Position numbers and translations under genes: made by a program. Shown here in pieces: positions 31,082 through 41,631 of a DNA stretch of 64,000 nucleotides. A model generated the notes under the pieces. It was not told the DNA's origin and did no database searches. It saw only the letters and a program-made list of their open reading frames with translations. Source of the DNA: an uncultured delta proteobacterium (GTDB lineage: Bacteria > Desulfobacterota > Binatia > UBA9968). Location of the stretch: assembly GCA_963745035.1 (NCBI GenBank), contig CAVUVW010000014.1, forward strand, positions 768,001 to 832,000, written 5' to 3'. Each line of letters starts with the position of its first letter. Positions within the stretch are counted from its first letter, which is position 1.

Positions 31082-31462
31082 ATGAGAAGGGGAGGAAAGG
31101 GGATAGAGGAAGAGAAGCAGACAGCCCAATTTACATGCTGCTTTTCGCGATCCCCTTTTCTCACCCAACCCACCATGGGATAGCAGTTTGGAAGTATCGA
31201 CGCTTAAGCCTAGGGACCTAAAGGGTATTGACGTGGGCGCATTGTGGCATACTCGACCTCCGGGGTTTCGAAGATCCTGACGAGAACTTTGTCCATCTAG
31301 TCAACAGCGTCCCCACCGAAGCTTCCTTACGCGAATCGGGCGAAGACTTTTTTCTGCAGCGAGCTATAGCGCTGATCCGGTGAGCAGGCAATTTACAGTT
31401 CTTCTTCTGCGACCTTATCGAGCTCGCCCCGCGTCCATGCGGTGAGCGATGAAGACGGTCCC

Positions 31463-32566
31463 TTATCCCCAAACCTCACGCGCAGTCCTGACGACGAGTG
31501 CGAGCTTTTGCGTTTGTTCTTCAGGCGAGATCGGGTTGCCGAGAACAGACGAAGCAAAACCACACTGCGTGCTGACGCCGAGCTGCGCCAGGGGAAAATA
31601 CTTGCTCGCCGTCCTGACGCGCCGGCGCAGGTCATCCACGCGCTCAAGCCGGCCTTTTTTAGTGGTGATCAAGCCGAGCACGAGGAATTTGTCTTCGGGT
31701 ATGTCCTTGAGCGCCGCGAACGTGCCCGCGCGATCATCGTCGTATTCGAGCAAGAGTCGCTGTACCTTGAGCCGCTGGAAGAGCCCGCGACTGATCGATT
31801 CGTAACCTCCCTCGGCGAGCCACCGGCCGCCCTGATTGCCGCGTCAGAGATGGAGCGCGAAAGTGACATCTGGAAATCCGGCGATGATCGCATTGTCCAG
31901 CTCGATGCCACGCGTCAACCACTGGTCCAGACTCCATCCTTGCTCTTCGTAGAAACGCCGCGTCTTGGCGTCGAGGATCAGCCCGTAGTGCGGCGCATCG
32001 ATTTGAATGTAACGAGCACCCAAGCGCACCAGCTCTTGCACCTCTTCGCGCAAGAGTTGAACGATGTCTGCGAGGAAACCATCCAGAGTCGGGTACGCCG
32101 CCCTGGAGTATTCGCGCGACCAGAAGTTCGCCCAAAGGCCCGGACTCGGCAGCGTAATTTTAGGGACGCGGCTGGTTTTGTTCTTCAGATAGGTAAACTC
32201 ATCGGCGGATAAATAGCGTTTTCGGACGAGCTTTCCAGTTGCCCCGAGGTTTTGCGGGCGCGCTTTGCGGACTGTCCCTTGCGCATTGTGCCAATCGCCC
32301 CAAAGAAAAGCGTCCATACCGAAGTCACCGAAGCCCTCTGTTGCCGCGGTCATTTGGCTCTGGAAGGACTGCCGGCGCATCTCGCCGTCGGTCACGACTT
32401 CGAACTCTGCTGCCTCTTGCATCGCGATCGCGTCACTGACGGCACGATCCTCAATTTCCCTGAAGCGTGAAGCATCGATCTCGCCAGCCGCCAGCCGGCT
32501 TTGTGCCTCGATCAGTTCCGGCGTTCTGAGCAGGCTCCCAACCACGTCGGCATGAACGGTTATCAT
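31463..32566 (-). CDS. cobalamin-independent methionine synthase II (MetE C-terminal) family protein (frameshift ~31860)
   Basis: ADVVGSLLR, TDGEMRR, IQIDAP, LHL..GN, LLEYDD.RAG.F, LGLITTK, STQCGFAS. Confidence 0.85.
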
Positions 32567-32632
32567 AGTGCGGAAAACCCAGCGGGGAAGGTGACGGATA
32601 AAGCCAACCGATGCGCAGAGTCTAATGCAGTG

Positions 32633-32678
32633 ACTGCATGCTCTAGGCTATGACAACCCCGCCTGTGTCTTTCACCAA
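32633..32678 (-). mobile_element. REP-associated (Y1/HUH) transposase fragment (LVKDTG..IA*SMQ)
   Basis: Matches 38050-38095; same upstream breakpoint. Confidence 0.7.
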
Positions 32679-32701
32679 GCGATGACGTGGATCGACGACA
32701 T

Positions 32702-33436
32702 TCAACGACGCGCCGCACTCACGTTCGTGCCGTAACCAAGGTCCGCGATCCACTCACCGCGCCCCTGTGGAGTGAGATCCAAGATATGCCAAACGGGACT
32801 GTACAGATCGATACCGCGCTCTTCGATGTCGCTCGAGAAAGACGGATGAACTGAGTAGAAGTGGCGAGGGGTTCCGTCAGGATCTCGAGTGAAAACGGAA
32901 ATGGTCGAATCCTGATTCCCCTCGCGGTCTTCGCTGCCGAGATCGTATTTGAACGTGTTGGCGCCCGCACTCAGTAGCCTGAGCCTGTGCCACCCGCGCG
33001 CACGTGCATGTGCGCGCAACGCCACCGGATCGGCAGCGGCCACGACCGCAACGTCGACGTTCTGAGCCAGATGATGAGCGACACCATTCCAACCATCGAT
33101 CCAGAGCGTGCACATCGGGCACGGCGTGGTGTTCTTCTTTCCGAACATGAACTGATAGACGACCAACGAACGATCAGGCGCGCTGAACAGTTCGCTCAGG
33201 CGGACGGTGCGGATCGGCGTGTCGCCGGCATCGAGGTCCGCCGGACCCTCTTCGAACGCATAATCCTGAAGCGCCGCGCCTTGCGGAAGCCCGCGGCGAA
33301 GTTCCGCTACTCGCTCTCGCTGGCGCATCAGCTCAATTTCCGCCAGTCGAAGTTCTTCTCGCTTGGACAGATATTTGTCGGATTCGTTCGGCAAATTGGT
33401 TTGTCGAGGCGTCGCGTTGATTTTCTCCTGTGCCAT
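32702..33436 (-). CDS. DUF899 family protein
   Basis: E.VAELRR.LP.G, CPMCT.W.DG, HARARGW, LDLTPQGR. Confidence 0.9.
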   Translation of the reverse strand: MAQEKINATPRQTNLPNESDKYLSKREELRLAEIELMRQRERVAELRRGLPQGAALQDYAFEEGPADLDAGDTPIRTVRLSELFSAPDRSLVVYQFMFGKKNTTPCPMCTLWIDGWNGVAHHLAQNVDVAVVAAADPVALRAHARARGWHRLRLLSAGANTFKYDLGSEDREGNQDSTISVFTRDPDGTPRHFYSVHPSFSSDIEERGIDLYSPVWHILDLTPQGRGEWIADLGYGTNVSAARR

Positions 33437-33646
33437 GGTTCATACCTCCTTAAGTTTTTCGCCAAAAAGTTTTGGAGACATTGCTGCTGCATTCGCCGGC
33501 CAGACACCGAATGCCTCACTCAATAGCGCAACGAATGAGCGAGCGCTTTTAGGGCAGTCGTACTGAAAAAGTTTCCGACTGTTATTAAAGTATGCCAGAT
33601 TGAAAGGGGATCTGAAGTATGAACCAAAAGAATCTTGCGACAACTT

Positions 33647-33704
33647 CTCGCTTCCTGGCTTGGAAAACCTAATGCAAATACCGGCGGCGACGCGGGGAAA
33701 CTTC
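33647..33704 (-). mobile_element. REP-associated transposase fragment (KFPR.RRRYLH*VFQARKR)
   Basis: Matches 61565-61609. Confidence 0.7.
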
Positions 33705-33915
33705 TACTCACCCAAGGAAATTGGAAGTCCTCAGGAGATCGGAAATGCAAATCCGGTATTTCCTGATGCCATTAACAAAAAATTGACTTGACGCAGATTA
33801 GTCTCATGTGAGGTAGTGCATCACGGCTCATCGCTACGGCACGTGCTGTTCCACGGAGGGATCACACCGATGAAGCCATCTAGAATTTTCCGGTTATCCT
33901 CTCATTGATTAGCCG

Positions 33916-33942
33916 TGTCACAAACCGGGCGGCTATCCGGTC
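33916..33942 (+). promoter_or_regulatory. putative ECF41-type promoter TGTCACA-n16-GGTC
   Basis: One mismatch to the ECF41 consensus TGTCACA-n16-CGTC; lies upstream of cupin/haloperoxidase/NmrA genes, typical ECF41 neighbours. Confidence 0.55.
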
Positions 33943-34003
33943 ATAGCTGTACATCGAACCGATCGGCACCCTGGTGCCTCGGACTAAGAACGGGAGGTCG
34001 AAT

Positions 34004-34393
34004 ATGCTGAAGAAAATCATAATGGTGGTTCTGCTCTCTCTCAGTGCCGGGACGCTGATGGCTCAGGAGGTCAAGGTCACGTCTCTCATGTCGAAGGTTA
34101 TGACGGACGTTTCCGGCAAGGAAGGCCTGATGATATCAGTAGAGTATCCGCCCGGCGGGTCGGACCCTATTCATCGTCACAATGCACATGCATTTCTATA
34201 CGTGCTGGAAGGCTCCGTCGTGATGCAGGTGAAGGGCGGAAAACAAGTGACGCTCACACCGGGACAGACCTTCTATGAAGACTCCAACGATGTTCATATC
34301 GTTGGCCGGAACGCGAGCAAAACCCAGCCAGCAAAATTCCTCGTGTTCTTGGTCAAGGACAAGGGCGCTCCGGTGCTCGTGCCGGTGAAGTGA
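34004..34393 (+). CDS. secreted cupin domain protein
   Basis: VEYPPGG...HRH.AH.F.YVLEG, PGQTFYE..D.H. Confidence 0.88.
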   Translation: MLKKIIMVVLLSLSAGTLMAQEVKVTSLMSKVMTDVSGKEGLMISVEYPPGGSDPIHRHNAHAFLYVLEGSVVMQVKGGKQVTLTPGQTFYEDSNDVHIVGRNASKTQPAKFLVFLVKDKGAPVLVPVK

Positions 34394-34498
34394 CCGGGGA
34401 GCGTCTTCTCCCAGTTGCTGACATTAGCTGTCGACAGGACGCTATCAGCGCGCTCTAGGGTTCAACAGACAGATATTTCGAAGTGAAAGGAGATAACC

Positions 34499-35320
34499 AT
34501 GTCTACAATCACCACCAAAGACGGCACAGAAATCTATTACAAGGAATGGGGCGAGGGCCCCGTCGTAACGTTCTCGCACGGATGGCCCTTGAGCTCTGAT
34601 GCTTGGGACGGCCAAATGCACTTTCTCGCGCAGAACGGATATAGAGTCGTCGCGCATGACCGTCGTGGCCATGGCCGATCAAGCCAGGCCTCCTCGGGAA
34701 ACGACATGAATGGTTATGCCGATGATCTTGCGGCCATTATCGAAGCGCTTGATCTGCGGAACGCCACTCTGATCGGTCACTCAACAGGAGGCGGAGAGGT
34801 CACGCGATATATCGGTCGTCATGGATCGAAGCGTGTCGCCAAAGTGGTTCTTGTCGCTGCAGTGCCGCCGATCATGCTAAAGACTCCGGCGAATCCAGAG
34901 GGGCTCCCCATGGAAGTTTTCGATGGTTTACGCGCAGGCCTGCTCAAGGATCGTTCTCAATTCTACAAGGACTTGGCAATTCCGTTCTATGGCGCCAACC
35001 GGCCCGGCGCAAAAGTCTCCCAGGGCACCCTAGATCAATTCTGGCTTTGGAGCATGCAAGCAGGCCTGAAGAACGCGTATGAATCGATCAAGGCATTCTC
35101 CGAGACCGACTTCACCGAGGACCTCAAGAAGATCGATGTTCCCGCGTTGGTGTTGCACGGCGAGGATGACCAGATCGTTCCTGTTAAGGATTCGGCAAAA
35201 AAGTCGGCAAAGCTCATAAAGGGCGCAAAGGAAATTTATTATCCCGGAGCGCCGCACGGAATAACGGCTACCCATCAGGATCAGGTCAACTCCGACCTTC
35301 TGGAATTTCTCCGGTCTTGA
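34499..35320 (+). CDS. non-heme chloroperoxidase (alpha/beta hydrolase)
   Basis: [36 protein letters not shown]. Confidence 0.92.
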   Translation: MSTITTKDGTEIYYKEWGEGPVVTFSHGWPLSSDAWDGQMHFLAQNGYRVVAHDRRGHGRSSQASSGNDMNGYADDLAAIIEALDLRNATLIGHSTGGGEVTRYIGRHGSKRVAKVVLVAAVPPIMLKTPANPEGLPMEVFDGLRAGLLKDRSQFYKDLAIPFYGANRPGAKVSQGTLDQFWLWSMQAGLKNAYESIKAFSETDFTEDLKKIDVPALVLHGEDDQIVPVKDSAKKSAKLIKGAKEIYYPGAPHGITATHQDQVNSDLLEFLRS

Positions 35321-35434
35321 GAGGAGATCCGGTGGAACCGCAGGTTTTCGAGAGTCAAATTCACAAGCTTAACGTTGGAATGCGAATCCTAAACACTCGT
35401 CCGATTGCGGGCGACTACAGAAAGGAGAGCACAT

Positions 35435-36191
35435 ATGAAGATCGTAGTCATCGGCGGCACCGGCCTGATCGGCTCGAAGACCGTCGCCATTCTGCGCGAG
35501 GGCGGCCACGAAGTCGTCGCCGCCTCGCCCAATACCGGCGTCAACACCATCACCGGCGAGGGCCTCAAAGAGGCCATGGCCGGCACGCAGGTGGTGATCG
35601 ACCTCGCCAACTCGCCCTCTTTTGAAGACAGGGCGGTGCTGGAATTCTTCGAGACCTCCGGCCGCAACCTTCTCGCGGCGGAGGCCGCAGCCGGCGTCCG
35701 GCACCATGTCGCGCTCTCCATCGTCGGAACCGACCGGACGCCCGACAATGGCTATTTCCGCGCCAAGGTCGCCCAAGAGAAACTGATCGAGACCTCCGGC
35801 ATCCCCTACACCATCATCCGCTCGACCCAGTTCATCGATTTCATCGGCCGCATCGCCGATTCAAGTATGGATGGAAACAGTGGTCAGGGTTTCGCCCGGC
35901 CTGTTCCAGCCCATCGCGTCGGACGACGTTGCTGCCAGCGTCGCCGATGTGGCGCTCGCGGCGCCGCGCAACGGCATCGTCGAGATCGCCGGCCCGGAAC
36001 GAGCACCGTTCAACGAAATCGTCGCCCGCTATCTGAAGGCGGTCGGCGACCCGCGTGAGGTCGTGAGTGACCCCGAGGCCCGATACTACGGCGGCCGGGT
36101 CGAGGAGCGCTCGCTCGTGCCGTTGGGCGAAGCGCGCCTCGGCCGCATCGGTTTCGACGAATGGCTCCGCCGCTCCGTAGCTCGAGTGTAA
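35435..36191 (+). CDS. NmrA/SDR family NAD(P)-binding protein (frameshift ~35878)
   Basis: MKIVVIGGTGLIG, YFRAK, QPIASDDVA. Confidence 0.85.
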
Positions 36192-36348
36192 GTTAGCCAG
36201 GCAGGGTCGACGCCCAGATCAAGTAGTGCGCCCGACCGGCGATGAACTGCCCGTCACCCTGCCTAAACTTCTTTTCCGGCTTGGCGCCGCACCGCGGACA
36301 CGGGTGCCAGACCCTAAAGACCATCTTGAAACTTTTAAGTGATAGTCG

Positions 36349-36612
36349 GTGAAGCGCTATGCTGACGGAGTGCGGCGGACAGAGGGTGTGCCGATTCAAA
36401 TCAGAGTGGGTTTGAATTCCGGAGAAGGAGTGGTCGGCGCGATCGGCAGCGACTTGAAGATGGACTACACTGTGGTCGGTCAGGCCGTGCATTTAGCTTC
36501 TCGTATGGAGCAAATGGCGACTTCGGGATCCGTCATGATCACTAAAGACACACTGCAACTGGCCGAAGGTTTTGTGCAGGTGAAGTTGCTCGGCCCGATT
36601 CGGGTAAAGGCA
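36349..36612 (+). pseudogene. class III adenylate/guanylate cyclase internal fragment
   Basis: IRVGLNSG.VVGAIG...DYTVVG.AVHLASRME...LGP..VK; N- and C-termini absent. Confidence 0.75.
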
Positions 36613-36649
36613 ATGGGGACGTTGCCTCCAAACAATGTCTGGAGCAGTA

Positions 36650-37658
36650 CTACAGTACGATATTGTTTCTGGGTTCCAATGGCGGCGGCAAGTCGGTTTC
36701 GCCAAGCATCTCCCGCAAATCTATTTCCGCGGTCCGGCACATTTGTGAGATCGGGACGTCATTCGGACTCCTATCAAACGGGTTTTCGGTGCTCTCTCCG
36801 ACTCGCTCCAGCGAAGTGTACATCCAGGAAATCAATACACTGAACGGGATGACCAGCCAAACCATGTTTCCCTTGATCACACCCTCCACGCTGTCATTGA
36901 GCTTGTCGAATTCCCTGAGCAACCCGAAGGGAAGCAGAAGGCAGAACAATTTGATGAAAAAGGAATTGATCGATCGCAAATTGCCTTGGATACGGGAAAT
37001 CCTTGATACGCTCACATCTGCCTTGTAGCAAGAGGAAATCCTTGATTGACTTTTGCATGTCGACGAACTGCGTCACGATAATCGCCTGGCTGGCGAGAAG
37101 CCCTTTTATCGTTTTGCTTTGAAGGCTCATGATCTGGGTTGCCTTGCTGCCCGTGGCAAGAATCTGTTTTCGCTCCGCATCAGGAAGGTATTTCGCCAGC
37201 TCCGTTTCCAATGCCGTTTGCATTTCAGGGATGGAGTAATACTTCAAATACTCTGCATTGTGTGCCTTGCTTGTGGTTTCCCATGCCCTGTTCTCCCGCA
37301 GCTGATAGCGCAATGCAGTCAACCAGGCGAGGTGGCGATAGACAAGCTCTTTTGATTTTTCGGCATTGTCAAAAGAGTCCCTGCTGAGTGTTCCCCAGGC
37401 CCGACTGCTGCTTATGATGTCGCTCCATATTTGGCGAGCTTCCCAGGTACGATTGTAGGTTTGCACGTTTTTGAAACCAACGATAAACGCGGTGGCTGTT
37501 CCCAGGAGCGCCACCACCGTCCAGGGAATGCCCAGCCATTTGATGTTCCCGATCTGGTACGCAACAACAGGTACGACTCCCAGAACAATCAGGACGTAGA
37601 TATCCCTTCGTGTCCAATTGAGGAACTCCGAAAGTTTGTATGATTTGCCAGTGTGCAT
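36650..37658 (-). CDS. bestrophin family ion channel (frameshift ~36975)
   Basis: GFKN..TY.R.WEAR..W, GRCERIK.FPYP, ENPF...NDVP. Confidence 0.85.
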
Positions 37659-37699
37659 GGTTGCTTGTCCTTACCAAGAACTGGGTGTCACAGGGTCGC

Positions 37700-38095
37700 C
37701 CATTCGATTCTCTCGCTTGAGGTTTCGAAGTAAGAGCCTGCTCAATCCATTGACGATGGGTTTCCTGAAATTGCGCTGCATCGGCAAAGCCAAATAACGT
37801 ATTTAACTCTAGCAAGTCAATAATCCCATAGCGGCTAGGCGGCTTCTGAATCTCGCGATACCCGCTGTGTTCCCATTCGTGTGGATGCTTGACCACTCCG
37901 GCGCGCACCATGTTCCAATCGATATACACAACGCACTGATGCAGATGATCCTCGGCTTGGATAGCCGTAGCATGATACCGGACCTGCCAGAACTCGCCAT
38001 GGCGGTTCTTGCGCCGATTGTATTCTTGCGTAGTACGGCCCGGAGATTAACTGCATGCTCTCGGCTATGACATCCCGGCCTGTGTCTTTCACCAA
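37700..38095 (-). mobile_element. REP-associated (Y1/HUH) transposase, C-terminal part
   Basis: LVKDTGRDVIAESMQL...YNRRKNRHGEFWQVRYHAT...YIDWNMVRAGVVKHP.EW..SGY. Confidence 0.85.
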
Positions 38096-38257
38096 TCCGG
38101 CGGGTCTATGAACGCATGAGGTCGGGCCTGCAGCTCGTGCCGCATATCCGGATTGTCTCTCAAAAACGGCTGACAAATTCGCAGTATCTTTTTGTGTCGC
38201 GCTGTTATGATTTCAATTGCATTGGAAAAATCTCATGCGGATGATAGAGAGGCTCAT

Positions 38258-38596
38258 ATGGAAATTACCGAGCACAGACCCGCGGACGTCGTTACCCTGA
38301 GCCTCTCCGGAAAACTGGACACCAACACCGCCAAGGCGTTTCAGGATCAAATTCTCGCTCGCATCGAATCGGGTGAGCGGCGCATCGTCGTCGATCTTGA
38401 ACAGCTCGGTTATATCAGCAGCGCCGATCTGCGCGTGATCATGCTGGCGGGCCAGCGGCTGAGCAGCGTGAACGGCAAGGTCGTGCTGTGTTCGCTCAAA
38501 CATCCGATCAGAGAAGTGTTCGACATAGCCGGGTTTGTATCCATTTTTTCCATTTACGGCTCCCACGACGACGCAACCAAGGCTCTGCAAGCGTAA
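38258..38596 (+). CDS. STAS domain anti-sigma factor antagonist
   Basis: LSGKLD, IVVDLEQLGYISSA.LR, VFDIAGF. Confidence 0.9.
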   Translation: MEITEHRPADVVTLSLSGKLDTNTAKAFQDQILARIESGERRIVVDLEQLGYISSADLRVIMLAGQRLSSVNGKVVLCSLKHPIREVFDIAGFVSIFSIYGSHDDATKALQA

Positions 38597-38714
38597 ACAA
38601 TCCAGATCCCCCTGACTCGAGAAGTTCTTTCGTAGCGCCTAAGGAAGAAATCCCCCCAAGGAAGCGGAACAACGCTGATGATCGGCAGTGCTGTTGGCAG
38701 GTGGCTACCTAACG

Positions 38715-38922
38715 TTGAAGCATTCCGGCCCGACTATGCGCTGTGGCCGACGGCGAGCCGCGGCAGGATCACCGCGGCGCAGATCGCTGTTGACGTCGCG
38801 TTGGAGGCTATGCAGTGATGCTGTGCGGCCAGATCGGATTCATTTCCGACCTCGCCCGGCAGTTCCGGGCGCTCGGCGTGCCGCGCGAACGGATCATCAC
38901 CGAAGAGTTCGAATTCTGCTGA
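38715..38922 (+). pseudogene. 3' tail of an FNR-like/ferric reductase gene
   Basis: GRITAAQI...MLCG...FRALGVPRERIITEEFEF*. Confidence 0.6.
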
Positions 38923-38941
38923 CCGCTTGGACACTATCGAA

Positions 38942-40903
38942 ATGTGGACGGCAATTCGCAGGCTGCTATTCGGGTTCACACTGATCCTCCTAGCTTCGGC
39001 CATGCTGCTGATTTCCGATCTGCACCAACGCCGATCGGCCGGCAAAATCCCGCGCCTCGCCATCGTCCAGCACTCGGCTAGCGCTGTGTTAGACGAAGGC
39101 GTCCTGGGAGTACTTGACAGTCTGAAAGCAAACGGCCTGGTCGACGGCAAAAACATTAGCATAGAGCGGTTCAACGCCGATGCTGATTTCGCCGTTGCCA
39201 ATGCCATTGCCGAGCAGGTGGTGGCGGCCGGCTTCGATATGGTTGTAACGATCAGCACTCCATCTCTTCAGACGGTGGCAAAAGCCAACAGCTCTCAGAA
39301 ACTCATTCAGGTCTTTGGGATTGTGGCTGATCCCTTTCGCGTTGGTGTTGGCATCGGTCGAAAGAGTCCTTTAGATCATCCCAAACGTCTGGTCGGCGTT
39401 CCTACACCCCTGCCGGTGGCGGATTCTTTCCGGCTCGCGAGAAAGCTCTTTCCAGGGCTCCAGTCTGTCGGGGTTGTGTGGAACCCGAGCGAAGCAAATT
39501 CCGAAATCACGACGATGCAGGCGCGCGAGATCTCCCGGGAGCTAGGAATTAACCTTAGGGAGGCACACGTCGACAGCTCCGTCGCCGTAGCCGAAGCGGC
39601 AGCCGCACTGACCGCTCAAGGGGTCCAGGCGATCTGGGTGGGAGGGGACAACACCGTGAACTTGACGCTGGAGGCGGTGGTCTCGGTGGCACGCAAAGCT
39701 CGAATCCCGGTTTTTTCTGCCGTCCCAATGGAACCAAATCGGGGAACGCTCCTAGATATCGGGACCAACTTTTACGACGCCGGCAGAATGACCGGCAAGC
39801 TGGCGGCGGAAATCCTCGGCGGAGTCGATCCCGCGACGATTCCTATACCGGACAAGATCCCGCAGAAGCTTGTGGTGAACAAGCAGGCCCTCAAGGGATT
39901 GAAAGACCCCTGGCAGTTTCCGGAAGAACTGCTGGCCAAAGCAGACGTTTTCATAGGCGAGGATGGGGTTCATAGGAAATCGCAGACGGCCATACGCAAG
40001 CCGCCCGAAGGGCGCCTTTTCAAAGTTGGCCTTGCTTACTTCGCTCCCGAGCCCGGAGCGGATGCTTGCATGGAGGGGCTCTTCGGCGGACTCAAAGATC
40101 TGGGTTTTGTCGAGGGCAAAAACCTGCAGTTACGCAAGGCGCACGCCCAGGCAGAGATCGTCAACATTCATTCTATCCTGCAGAACTTCGACAACGAAGA
40201 CGTCGAGCTTATTATTGCCATGACCACGCCGGTTCTGACCGCTGCGGTCAACGCGGTTAGGAAGAAACCTGTGGTCTTTACCTACGTTTACGATCCCATC
40301 GCTGCCGGCGCAGGTAAGACACCCGCGGATCATCTGCCCAACATCACAGGAACTGGATCGTTTCCTCCGGTCGGTGACACTTTAGATGTGATTCAGCAAC
40401 TGGTGCCGCAGGCACGCGCCGTCGGCACGCTCTACAATAGCTCCGAGGCCAATTCCAGAAAAGTGATCGAGGTCGGCCGCGAGCTGTTTAAAAAGCATGG
40501 CATCAAACTCGAAGAAGTTACGGTCACCAACACGAGCGAAGTCTTCCAGGCGGCGCAGGCACTGACCACCAGAAAAATCCAGGCCATCTGGATCACCGGC
40601 GACAACACCGCCATCCAGGCCTTTGAAGGCATCGCCAAGGCAGCCGCCGATGCCCGCCTACCACTCGTCATCAACGACCCCGAATTCACCGAAAGAGGCG
40701 CTCTAGTCGCCGTGGGGATTGGCTGGCAAAAAACATGTCAAGGCGCCGCCAAGAGGGTTGCGCAGGTGTTACTCGGCGAGAAGCCGCAAAACTTACCTTT
40801 CGAAAATGTCGTGGTGAAAAAGGTTGTCTTGAATTCCGACATCGCACGCAAGCTGGGGATAACCTTTCCTGAAAAGCTGATCAACGAGGCGAGCGCGGGT
40901 TGA
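38942..40903 (+). CDS. tandem two-domain ABC substrate-binding protein (ABC_sub_bind type)
   Basis: Two repeats: TP...DP..G...VG..N.SEANS...QAIW..GDNT...A..A..P. Confidence 0.85.
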   Translation: MWTAIRRLLFGFTLILLASAMLLISDLHQRRSAGKIPRLAIVQHSASAVLDEGVLGVLDSLKANGLVDGKNISIERFNADADFAVANAIAEQVVAAGFDMVVTISTPSLQTVAKANSSQKLIQVFGIVADPFRVGVGIGRKSPLDHPKRLVGVPTPLPVADSFRLARKLFPGLQSVGVVWNPSEANSEITTMQAREISRELGINLREAHVDSSVAVAEAAAALTAQGVQAIWVGGDNTVNLTLEAVVSVARKARIPVFSAVPMEPNRGTLLDIGTNFYDAGRMTGKLAAEILGGVDPATIPIPDKIPQKLVVNKQALKGLKDPWQFPEELLAKADVFIGEDGVHRKSQTAIRKPPEGRLFKVGLAYFAPEPGADACMEGLFGGLKDLGFVEGKNLQLRKAHAQAEIVNIHSILQNFDNEDVELIIAMTTPVLTAAVNAVRKKPVVFTYVYDPIAAGAGKTPADHLPNITGTGSFPPVGDTLDVIQQLVPQARAVGTLYNSSEANSRKVIEVGRELFKKHGIKLEEVTVTNTSEVFQAAQALTTRKIQAIWITGDNTAIQAFEGIAKAAADARLPLVINDPEFTERGALVAVGIGWQKTCQGAAKRVAQVLLGEKPQNLPFENVVVKKVVLNSDIARKLGITFPEKLINEASAG

Positions 40904-41346
40904 AGGCAGCGCTCACGGAACGCGTCCGGCGCCTGAACCTTGGACTCGAGGACCGTCTGGGCAATACGATCGGCAGCCTGTCCGGCGGCCAGCGACAGGC
41001 GCTTACCTTGCTCATGGCCACCTGGGTGAGACCTAAACTGTTACTCTTGGATGGGCACACAGCAGCTTTGGATCCGAAAAGCGCGGATCAGGTGATCCGA
41101 TTGACCGAAGATATCGTGTCGCGGGATAAACTGACCACCCTGATGGTAACCCATTCGATGCAGCAAGCAGCCAGTCTGGGCGACCGTCTGGTGATGATGC
41201 ATCGAGGCCGGATTATTCATGATCTGTGTGGCGCGGAAAAGCGCCGCGCGCGGGTCGATGATTTGCTGGTGCGCTTCGAGGAAGTCAGGCGCCAGGAGCA
41301 GCTCGATGAGAGCGCCGCGGAGATGCTGCGGCGGGGATATGTCTGA
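40900..41346 (+). pseudogene. C-terminal half of an ABC ATPase
   Basis: LSGGQRQ, LLLLDG (Walker B E>G), MVTH present; Walker A and the permease gene absent. Confidence 0.8.
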
Positions 41347-41631
41347 TCAGTTCTGCGCTCTCAGTCCTAGCAGGGGAAACGGCCTCAAGTTGTGTGCACG
41401 CCGCAAAAATCTTCCTGGTGTAACCCGTTTGAGACAGAAACTATGTTGATCGGGTCAAGTCCGACCGAATCAACGGTCGCTGTCGTGTTAAGTTTCAGTT
41501 TCATCTCGAGCATTGAGACGCGAGGTACGCTCACTCCAACCGAGTTGTCCCCTTGTGGTGTCAGCGGATATTCGAAATCTTCCACGAGAAAATGTCATCC
41601 GGTATAAGTGATCGTTCCAATAGGAATCACT

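Noticed and set aside
41346-41630. Purine riboswitch expected upstream of the NCS2 gene
   Set aside because: No TATAAT/ATATGG/GTTTCTAC/CCGTAAA consensus seen
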